Assembly: GCF_000143415.4 (NCBI RefSeq)
Contig: NW_003314384.1
Span: 248,001-312,000, forward strand
Reading direction: 5' to 3'
Length of the DNA: 64,000 bases
From: Selaginella moellendorffii
Lineage: Eukaryota > Plantae > Lycopodiophyta
Part shown: positions 11,688-22,100 of the stretch, in pieces
How positions within the stretch are numbered: position 1 is the stretch's first letter
Layout: each line of letters opens with the position of its first letter
Notes under the pieces: model-generated
What the model was told of the DNA's origin: nothing
Databases searched by the model: none
What the model saw: the letters and a program-made list of their open reading frames with translations, nothing else
Program-made: the position numbers and the translations under genes

Positions 11688-12887
11688 TTAGGGCGCGGGC
11701 GTCACAGCACAGCTAACCTCGAGTGACTCATACGAGATCTCGCTCAGCGATGGCTTGGAGAGGTCGGCCAGCCATGGCCGCGCACTGCCCTTGTCCGTCA
11801 CAAGATTGTAGGCGAAGGACGATTCGCAAGAGTGTGGCGCATCGAGAGTCCTCTGGAGCACCACCAAGCTGGAGAAAGTGGAGAAGCTGTTGCCCACGAA
11901 CACTGTGGCTCGGCGGCAGATCTCATAGTCTATGGCGGCCTGGATCAAGTAAGGATGCCTGGCGTAGCGATCCAAAACCCCCAGCTTCTTCTTCTCCACC
12001 GGCACTAGATCCTCTCCCCAGCCGCGGAGAAGAGAGCTCTCGCCCTCCTGGAGAAGAACATCCGCCACTGCCAGATATACCAATGCCGGCCGCTTCAAAC
12101 TCTCGATCCTCCTCACGCGATCGATGATCTCCTCCTTGGTGCTACAGATCGAGAGCTTCTTCCCTTCCTTCTCCAGCGCTCGCTTCTCGGTGTTCCGGCA
12201 ATGGATCATCCAATCCCTCTCGATGCGCATGTGAACCGCGACATAGGATGGATTTCGAGAGCTCGATGCCAGCTCCAATCTCGATGCCACGTACTCCACA
12301 TCCGATATTATGCTGCTCGTCAGCTCCAGGCACTGGAAGATCATCACGTATTCCCTCACCGCCCAGTGATCCGGCCACAAGAAGGGATTCTTGCCAAGAA
12401 TCTCCAATACCTCGTGATCTTGCCTCCTACATTCTTCCAGATGCTCTAGATCCCTAGCTGCCGTCCATCTCCGCCCGCTTCCCTTGATCACTTCCACCGC
12501 CGGCGCTCCATCCGGCACATCTGCCTCGCGCGCGATCCTCACAAACCCGGAGCACCTCGAGTTGAAAGAATCGAGCGAGAAGACCGCGTCGAAGGGGATC
12601 GTCTGCGCTGGAGAGGAGGAATTATGGAAGAGCGAGGCGCTGAGAGTGGGCATCAAGAGGCTCCTGTTGAGATACCTAGCGGTGAGAGCAGCCCGGGCGA
12701 GCGCGATCTTCTGGTTGTTGAGACCCCAGATAATCTGTGGAACGCGAAGAAATCGCTCGGGCTCGATGCCATGGCGAGCACCACCGCCAATGCGATCCCC
12801 GCGATCCTTTCCTTGGAACCCTAGCAAATAGCACCCAGACAGCGCCATGATGAGAACAAGGACTCCAACGCCTCTCTTCTTTGCCAT
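11688..12887 (-). CDS. O-fucosyltransferase family protein (OFUT23-like), intronless
   Basis: Type II N-terminal TM segment. Motifs GLNNQKIA, LNRSLLMP, YVAVHMRIERDW, AIDYEIC..A.VFVGNSFSTFSSLV. Confidence 0.9.
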   Translation of the reverse strand: MAKKRGVGVLVLIMALSGCYLLGFQGKDRGDRIGGGARHGIEPERFLRVPQIIWGLNNQKIALARAALTARYLNRSLLMPTLSASLFHNSSSPAQTIPFDAVFSLDSFNSRCSGFVRIAREADVPDGAPAVEVIKGSGRRWTAARDLEHLEECRRQDHEVLEILGKNPFLWPDHWAVREYVMIFQCLELTSSIISDVEYVASRLELASSSRNPSYVAVHMRIERDWMIHCRNTEKRALEKEGKKLSICSTKEEIIDRVRRIESLKRPALVYLAVADVLLQEGESSLLRGWGEDLVPVEKKKLGVLDRYARHPYLIQAAIDYEICRRATVFVGNSFSTFSSLVVLQRTLDAPHSCESSFAYNLVTDKGSARPWLADLSKPSLSEISYESLEVSCAVTPAP

Positions 12888-12890
12888 TGA

Positions 12891-12982
12891 CTAGAAAAGA
12901 ATCTAGGTGTTCCATTGGCATGTTAATCTTTAATTGGCATATTCGCTAGAAAAGAATCTAGCTTTTCCATCTGCATATTCGC
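12891..12982. repeat. Minisatellite units (CTAGAAAAGAATCTAG core), left copy
   Basis: Two units here; the same motif in the same orientation occurs at 25252-25333. Confidence 0.75.
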
Positions 12983-13556
12983 CCTTCTGCAGTTGGTAGT
13001 ATGAAGATCCGGACTGGAGCTTGCCAATCTGGTTGGCAACATATTCCCCTCTTTTCTACATTTTCATGTTTACTTTAGGTTCCAAGATTTTAAAGTGTAA
13101 TGCATGTGGTTTTCATTTTTTACCTTATAGTGATTTATTATAAGATAATTATAGAGAAGCATATATATGCTAAGGGTAATGAAGTAAAATTTGAATTAAG
13201 CTAATGAATGAAGGAACATAATTAAACTTAAAAGTGAAAGAACCAAAATATATAGAGTGATAATGAAATAGTTTTAAAACATTTAATATCCCAATGCTAA
13301 AACAATCACACAAAATAGAGTCAAATAGAATTTAGTGTTATTTCAGCATATTGATATCTAACTTGAGGATATAAATACTCCACAACTAACATAATATAAA
13401 GTTGCAAAAACAACTTCTAAAACCTTTATCACCAACTTGTTGCAAACCTGCATAAGAGTCAAGTTAGGGTAGAACATAGTTTCTCATTAAGCATGTAGAG
13501 CATACATCTTCACTATTATAAAGGTGATTACAAGGCTTTTATAGTAATGGCTTTAT

Positions 13557-14231
13557 TGTGAGACACAAATCTCTAAGCCCTAAAAGGGAACCAAAAGGGT
13601 GCCACGTGGCAATGGTTAAAGCAAAAGCCAAAAGAACGTAACACATTTGGACTAAAAACTCCAACTTGAAAGGTCGAGAGTAGAAGTGGAACTCCCAATG
13701 AAGTGTTTAAGGAACAAGCACGAAGCGAGCAATAAGTGAATCTTTAGAAAAGGGATGCAAAAGGACCAACACATGACACGTAGAAGTGTCTGAGATGGAG
13801 TCCGAGATAGACCTCAAATGGAGTTTGAGATGGACCCGAGATAGAGTTTGAGATGGAATCCAAGATGGTCTCAAGATAGAGTCTGAGATGGACCCGAGAT
13901 GGAGTCCGAGATGGAGTTTAAAATGGACCGAGATGGAGTCCGAGATGGACCCAAGATGGAGTCCAAGTTCGAGAAGGACCCGAAATGGAGTTTGAAGTCG
14001 AGACCGAGACTAGGACCGAGACCGGGACCGAGGTCGGGACCGAGGCTGAGGCCAAGTCCGAGTCTAAGTCCGAGGGTGAAAGCCTAAAGCATTCATCTCC
14101 TAGACTCTAGAAGGTTTGGTGAGCTCCAAAAGTATAGTAGGGGGAGGACTCCAATGGAGCCAATTTGATTAGGAAAGGCCAATTTGGCTCAAGAAGGCCA
14201 TACCTAGGTGTTGGGTGATGGGATAACCACT
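13557..14231 (+). mobile_element. Partial LTR copy (TGTGAGACAC start), inverted relative to 18495-19191
   Basis: Reverse-complement match to 18495-19191, including the GAGTCC/GAGATG hexamer array. Differences are largely C>T/G>A. Confidence 0.8.
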
Positions 14232-17200
14232 AGTGTTCTTTGGCTAACTTTGCCACTTGGATTCTTTCCAATGGATTCCACGGCCTTATCTTGGGCACTC
14301 GTCTTTTGCTCCTATCCTTGGATTGTTACACCAAGCAACATAGGATCGCTACCTCCATTTTTGAGGTTTCCTTTCGGTTCCATAGCAAACACTTTGCTTT
14401 GCCAAGTCCAGAGGATGTTCTCCCCTAATACGTCTCTTTAACATTTTCTGTTGTGGGCTCTATCCATGGCCCAACTTTTTGAGACCCTCCCTTAGATCTT
14501 TTATAGAGACTACTTTCCTTGGACTTACTATGCCATAGCATTGACATAACTCATTTCCCTTAGGTGTTCTTCCCACTTGGTCACCTCAACCAAGCCACAC
14601 CTTTATCAATAGTTCAAATCAACACTTTGAACTAAGAATCATATTCCTTAACCCAAACAAAAACTTTGTCCTTGTTTAGCCACAAGATCACCTAGTGATC
14701 TTATCTTGACCCCTTAATAGGTCTATCAATAGGGACTAGGTCTTCCAAACCCTTCTAAGTTGTTGATTATGACCCCAGGGGCATCCCCCACACTTGGCGG
14801 TGCGCCCAAGCCAACCCTTCCGGCCAAGGATCCATAGCAACTGAGACTGGGTGTCCCCATCTCATTCACCACGTCCTTGGTGCCCTTTGCACCAAAGTGT
14901 TCAAGTTAGATATGCCGAGCTTTCACTCTAAGCAATCTAACCGTGCATCATGACTCCAAGGCATCCCTCGTTTGGCGGTGTGCCCAAACCAGTTTCCACA
15001 CTGAGAGTCCATGACCACCGAAAAATGAGTGTCCTCATATTCCAAACCATCACCACGCCCTAGTGAGTTGGGACTTGAACCCAAGCATTAGAGGGTTGGG
15101 ACTCGAACCCAACCTCCGTATATGCATCTACGGACGGCATCACCCAGGATGCCTGGCGTGACTCCCCACGCCGGTGCACCAACTTATACTCAAAGCGCGC
15201 TATAGATCACATCTTAGGAACCTAGTTCCTCCACATTGCCAAGTCCTCTCACTTGACAAGTCTGTGATCATGCATGGACTCCTCCATGCTTAGCCCCATG
15301 GCCCACCCTTTTTGAAGTTATCACCTTCAACTAGGGTATTTGTTCCCTTGACTTGCCAATCTCGCTTTGGCAAGTCCTCCGACCACTGTAACATGGTTCC
15401 TGCACAAGCGTGAAAGCCTTTGATCATCGACTTTCGTTCAAAGCCCTCTCTTTGAACACTCGGGAACTACTTCCCTAACCTTGATAGCCTTGCCTCATGG
15501 CAAGCTTCAAGACCACGCTTCTGCTGCGCCATTCTGATTTCGCGCGTGCTTTAAACTATTTACACTAGGCCTTTCTAAATACTAAGCTACCTAAAATCAT
15601 CTTTGGGAACCTTGAAGGAACTTTGTCCCTTAGCTTGCTAAGGCCTCCCTTTTTGCAAGCTTTCCAATTACCATATAGTGTAACATGGACAATTCCATAT
15701 TTTAGACTCTCCATGGCATCACGGTTACTAGCGACAACACCCTCGAGCCCCCATTTGATTCTCCACTCCCAGCTGGCATACCCAACCTTGGTTATGCCCT
15801 TTGATTCCTATGGTTCGGTTCTACCCCCTTACTTCTTGCTTTTGGCTTCACACCTTTCCTTCGGTCATTCTCCTCTAGACCAGGAGGATAACTTTGCACT
15901 TTCTATCATGCTTTAGCAAGTATTCTTAGGGATGAACCTACCCGATAGCCTAGGGAGTGGTTCCTCAATCTAGGTATGCTCACCCTATAATCCCACACAT
16001 CAAGATTACGTTGTTGCTTATGGGCTTTTACATGCTCATCGCTAGCCTTGCCAAAATTCCATTTTTGGCTTTGTCCAATTCGAGTAGACAGTCTTTTCTT
16101 GTCTCCGCCACCTTAGACATTTGGATAACACCTTCCATCCATCATTCGCTAGGGACTTAGTCCCTTGGGCCTTATCTATTGCCCTCGTGACATCAAACAC
16201 CACCTCCTGGTGTTCTAGAGTGTTCAGGTGTCCCAATGACAGCTTCCTTGACAATGAGTATTTCCTTTCACGACATTGACTTACTATATCGCAACATAAG
16301 CACCTTATCCCCTGTAAGGGTATATCCAATTTCCTTATGCCATTAAGAAGGCTTGGGTAGCTACCTTTTACCCATTTAACCAATTATTTTGCACCTCTTG
16401 CTTAGTTGCCTCATAGTTGTCAAGTTCTACAACTCATTGCTGGTGCTTCCACACCTCCATCATTATCTAGGTCACCACACTCCAATTGCATGCTCTGCAG
16501 CTTAGGCTATGCTATTCCCATTTCCATTGGGATTCCTTTGGCAAGGGGTTCTCATGAACCCACCAACATAGCCTCAAGGTATCACACCTTGGCACATTTG
16601 GTGTCTCCACACTATTGGCTCCACGAGCCTACCTCTATGACACTTCTTCTTTGTGTCTAAGTCTTTGCCAAGACCAATACCACTCTTTCTCATGCCAACC
16701 ATCCGTTAGCACTGCACCATAGAGGTCACTCATAACTTTGTTTCAAAGTTGTTTTCTTTTTGGGAACACCCTTCCCACAACTTTAGCATGGCACATTTTG
16801 CCATCGATGAGATACCCTCTGTTCTCATCCTTGAATACTATGATCCCCCCCATCCTTCGTGGGGTACCACACACTTCAATCCAAATGCTTTCATCAGTCC
16901 TTTAGGACCATTCCTTGACTCTACTTGAGTCATCCAGCAGTTTTGGACTTGGTTAATCCATAGACCCGTAAGGTCCTACTTGTCGGGCACTAGCTCACTG
17001 GAATACACTTCTTGCATTCATGTCCTCACTCACAAGGACTATTTTCACAAGTGTTACTCTGACACTTGATTTTGTTCTCTGGGGCAACCTTTGCCCCTTA
17101 GGACTACTTGTCCATGTGATGAGAATACCAACTCATCTCTAAGTACACCCCCCAACTCCTTGGGTTGTTCCAGCATTTATTAAAGGTAGCCCTGGCTACC

Positions 17201-19191
17201 ATTTCAAGGACTAGCGTCCTCTTCCGTATTTGACCTCCCATGGTTATTACTTCTGGTCTCACATTCATGAGCACCAACCTCAACTATATGAGGATAAACT
17301 TGTGACTCCTTTATTGCTTTGGAGTCTTTATCTTTCCCGTGATCCTAAATATAGTTGTTTACCACAACTACATTAGCCAGTTTGCTAAGTCAAATGCTCA
17401 TCTGGATCACATCCTCAACTCTCTAAGGAAAACCACATATTATTCCCAAGATCCCAAAGTCGTTCCCTTACTGGCCCCTTTTCTATCCACCACATCGTGC
17501 CCAAGTTCATGCATGAACTCGAGTGGAGAGCCATGTCGTCTCGACGTGCTACTCCTCAAGGATAGGCCCACTCCTAGGACCTTCCGATGCCAATATCAAT
17601 GGTGATATACTTGAGCACCAATAAAAGTCAGACTAAGGAACAGCTCCGATACCAAGTTGTAAACGACTAAATTTTCCATTCTACTTTAGTCACTTAACCA
17701 CACCTCCGACCATTTGGAGGAGTCTCATTCACAACCTCCATCAGTCCAATTCAGGACTTGGGACTTGCTAGCCCCAAGAATGGCATCCATGCCACTCAAC
17801 ACTTGCACCTGGTCCAAGTGCTCCACGTGTCCGGTCCCAAAACCGACACCCAAAGGTACCACTGACATCTCGGCCCGTTACACTAAGGCCATGCCCATTC
17901 ACCTTTGCTGCACTAGTGGGTCCAACACCACTTGCATCACCACCTCGTCTGTCCAAGACTGGGCCATGTGTCCACGAGTGGTCATCATAAATCCACTCCT
18001 TAGCATCCTTAGGATGCCCACAGACCTGGGGAATCGCCTTCCCCAAAGTCCCTTTGCCAGTTCCTACCAAGTCCCTTTCTGCCCCTAGCCGTGTTTGCCA
18101 ACACTGCCACTGGATCGAGGCCCACAGACCCGACCACTAAGTCCTACGGTCCTCTGGGACTTCCTCACCACATGACTGTGTCCTTGGTCACTACCCCAGA
18201 GGACTGCTCCTCTTCCTTTCCACAGTCTGGGCCTTTGGGACAACATTTTGGAACACCGTGGCCTTACGCGAGCCACCTGGGTACTCTCCCCACCTATCGC
18301 CTTTGGGTGCTCTAGCCATGGGCTTAGAGCGAGGTTCCGTTGAGCCACGCCTGTTATCCAAGTAGGTAGTGCCACCCACACTTGGACTGGGAGCATCGGC
18401 CAGTCGATCTCCCGGGGGAACTAGAGCCGGCTCTTGAACACTTCACTAAGCTACCCCGCTTGTCGGTCCGTATTCACTCTAGTCTTGGACTTCCCAGTGG
18501 TCAATTCATCACCCAACACTAAGTCTGGCCTTCCTAGGCCAAACTGGCCTTTCCTAGCCAAACTGGCTCCACTGCAGTCCTCCCCCTTACTATACTTTTG
18601 GAGCTCACCAAACCCCCTAGGGTCTGGGAGACGAACGCTTTGGGCTTTCACCCTCTCAGACTCAAACTCGGACTCGGACTCGGACTCGGGCTCGGACTCG
18701 GACTCAAACTCGGACTCGGGCTCGGGCTCGGTCTCAGCCTTGGCCTCGGTCTCGGTCTCGGTCCCGGTCTTGGTCCCGGTCTCGGTCTCGGTCCCGGTCT
18801 CGGTCCCGGTCTCGGTCTCGACCTCGGACTCCATCTCGGGTCCATCTCGGACTCCACCTCAGACTCCATCTCGGACTCCACCTCGGACTTCATCTCGGAC
18901 TCCATCTCGGGTCCATCTCGGACTCCGTCTCGGTCCACCTCGGACTCCATCTCGGACTCTTCCACGTGTCATGTGTTGGTCCTTTTTGGGTCCCTTTTTG
19001 GAGCCTCACTTATTGCTCGCTTCGTGCTTGTTCCTCGAGCACTTTGTTGGGAGTTCCACTCCCGCTCTCGACCTTCCAAGTTGGAACTTTTAGTCCAAAC
19101 ATGTTACCCTCGTTTGGGCTTTCGCTTCGGCCACTACCACGTGGCACCTTTTCCAGCTCCACTTTGGGGCCTAGGGATTTTGTGTCTCACA
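14232..19191 (-). mobile_element. Degenerate Ty3/gypsy LTR retrotransposon A (5' LTR about 17658-19191, PBS 17643-17654, decayed internal region)
   Basis: On the minus strand the LTR runs TGTGAGAC...GTTTACA, followed by a tRNA-Met-type PBS TGGTATCGGAGC. Integrase remnant PLP...QWKWE at about 16515-16548. Many stop codons. Confidence 0.75.
18655..18960. repeat. Hexamer tandem array (CTCGGA/CTCGGT/CCCGGT) inside LTR
   Basis: Directly visible; it generates the spurious low-complexity ORFs in all frames. Confidence 0.9.
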
Positions 19192-22100
19192 TGTTCCAAG
19201 TCGTTTCGGGCTCCTGTGCCTTTGCTCCTTGGGCTGTATGCTTAGAAGTTGCTCCGTGGTTCGGTTTTGTCACTCCTTGGCTCCATGCTTGGGAGTTTAG
19301 CACCGTTCCTTCGTTCAGTGGCCCAAGGCTCTGAACCTCGGGTTCCACACCATGTTCCTTTGGACACGTGGCATGTGAGACGTGGCATCTGTCACGTGGC
19401 ACAAAGAGGGTTTAGGTTCCGCTTCGTGGTGTTATTCTATGGTAAATCACCATAGGATAAAGGGTCAAAACCACGTGCGCTACATTTGGTATCAGAGAAT
19501 GAGTCTCGGCGAGAACTATCCAATGAGATTGGGCAACTAGTCTTGTTGCATACGCAGAGATGAAAATGATGATTCGAGTGGGTACACGTTTTGGTGCAAA
19601 GACTTCGCAATTGGTTCCTTGGGTATGGATATTGTTACCTTGTTGTACCTTATGATGTGAGCTTGCTCTTGGGCTCATAGGATGGTTTAGAGATGTTCCG
19701 TTTGCACGAGTTTGAGCTTGGGCTCGTGAGTGAGGCACATTAGCAACTCGAAGTTACACTTTGAGTTGGCAGGATTAATGTTAGCCTATCAGTGGTCCCA
19801 TGAGTTGTTCCATGTACCATGGGTGAAAGTAAACTTTCTCTAGGTTTGCTATGAGTGGCAAGTAGGCTGGTCCGTAGCTGTTTAGCACGGCACTAGTGGA
19901 TCCTTCCTAGGCATGATTATGGGTGAATCAATCAAGACTGTGGGGATTGGTCTATTGATTCAAGTAATTTCTCATAAACTTTTCTTGGATTGAACTGAAG
20001 GCAGTGCGAACGCAAGCTTGAGGTTTAGTCAAGATAAGGCCGGAAAGAGAGTCGTTAGGGACGAAGGATCAAACACGTAAATCATTTTCTCTTCTTGGAG
20101 AGATGATTTGCAACTAAGTGTTAACTCATTGCTCATGTTCACATCATGCAAACAAAAGTCCCTATCTTGATGCATGTTGGAGATGATGGTCTTACAATGG
20201 TGAGTTGTGGGATGGATAGCGGTGAAGTGCTATACCATTTTGTCTAGGCTTGCTATTGAAGACATGGGTTGCAATGCTCAATTCTTTTCTGGGGATTGCT
20301 CCTTGAGTAGCTTGGTGTTGGATTAGTTTTGAGTTTGGTCGGAAAGAGAGTGGCATAAGCTTGTCCGTGTTGTGAACAAAAGTTAATGGTGTTGAGTGTT
20401 GTAAATCGCTATCGGTAGAGTGTGGCATTTAGGTTACATTTTGTCAAATCAAGTTGTCACTTGATATTCACATAAACTTTTGTAGTAGTGACATAGGTGT
20501 TGCTCGTGATGTTGCTCAATTGATGATCAAGTCATTGTGATTTTATATCATATCCATGTGATAATGAGCAATGTGTTTATGAAGTTGCTTGGTTAAACGA
20601 TGATCAACCTCAAAGTGGTTGATGGAGAAGTTAGTCTACTTGCACGAAGTAGCATTGTAGTAGATTTGACTGGATTCTTGTTGGTGGTCCATTATGCCAA
20701 GCTTAAGTTGGTACCTTGTTTCCTTGAGTTTGCCCATTAAGGTGTTGGAAAAGGGTTGTAGTATTCATTTGCTATAACTCGTCGGTTGATCTGTTAGCAC
20801 TTGGAGTAGATTCTTGGATGGAGAAGGTGTGTAGTTAAGGCATTGACATCGCTATTGTGTTAGTGGAAGTGGCATTGTTATTTCGAGTGATGAGGAAGTT
20901 TTCCTTAAAGCTTGATTTTCCATGTCATTTTTCTTGTTACTGTTTTGGCTTCACATTGAATCTTGAAGGTGATTAAAGAAGAGTGTTAGTGCAATATGGA
21001 TATCCGAAGATGCAGTCTTCGTGATCAAGCCTTGGATGTTCATTTTGCACTTTGCAGATATCGGTGTTGAATATCGGTTAGATGGGCAAAGATGTTCGAT
21101 GCTTAAGCATATTGATGGATCATGAGAATTTGTGTCGAGGTGAACCTATGTGAAGTTGTTTGTAGGAGGAAGTTGGTCAAGTTTTGAAAGTTTGCAATCC
21201 TAGATTGAGAGTCATTCTTTCTCTAGGATGGAAATTTTCCACAAATTTTCTTAAACTTTTCCAATGGCTGATCTATTGATCACTTTGCCCGAAAACCATT
21301 AAGTTTTCGAAAGCCAATACAAACTAGTGAAGGGGTTGAAGTTGACTTCGGTCTGCTTAAACCTTAGTAGATAGTTTGTATGATGCAGCCCAAAAGGGAT
21401 GCTAACTTTTGGGGCTAAGGCAATTGAGTTGGATAGAGTCTGGAGTTGGTATAGAAAAATGGTTGTTGCACTTTTCTAAAAAGGGAGATCCTTGTGCCTT
21501 ACTTATAGCGTTTTGCTTGGTAGCAGGTTGCACCTTGCATTTCGTTAAACTCTATGAGAGTAGTGAGCTCTCACTAATCTTGATTTAGTCTTGGTGGCCC
21601 TGTGCCTTGGCTGAGGATGGTGATGTCCAACTTAGTTGTTTGAGGTTAAGATGTTGGTACCCGTACTATAGCTTTGTCTATGAGGAGGTTGTGTACCGAC
21701 ATGAGTCCATTTCATGATCTTCACTTTCGTTTCGACTAAGTGTTGATCATGCATAACTAGCCTCTTCAAAACATGCTTAGAGTTAGTGGCTAAATGTTTT
21801 GGTGAGCTTATCGTGGTTGAGTTGGATTCAAGTGGTCATTTAGTTTGTGCTTATCTATGAACTTTTATTTCGTACCTGGGGTATCATGTTCATGTTGGAC
21901 AAGTATATAACTTGATGACAAGAGTTGGTGTTTGGGTCTTATGAAGGCAAGTTGAGGAGTGATTGTTAGTTGCTTTGTGACTAGTGATTACTTGTAGATT
22001 TAGTCGAGGACTATTGACACTTGCTTTGCTTGATGATGATTTAGCAGTAATGGGCTTGCTTTACCGGATGGTGTTGTGGAGGATCGTGTCGTTAAACTTA

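Noticed and set aside
12891-12982. Quasi-palindromic repeats with variable spacers, superficially CRISPR-like
   Set aside because: Only 2-3 degenerate units with self-similar spacers, eukaryotic context and no cas genes.
13557-19191. DNA transposon (MULE/foldback) or DIRS call based on long TIRs
   Set aside because: No TSD, transposase or tyrosine recombinase visible. The PBS and gypsy integrase remnant favour an LTR origin.
18434-19245. Long ORFs with SD/SV/GL/ET dipeptide repeats on both strands
   Set aside because: Artefacts of the stop-free hexamer array within the LTR.
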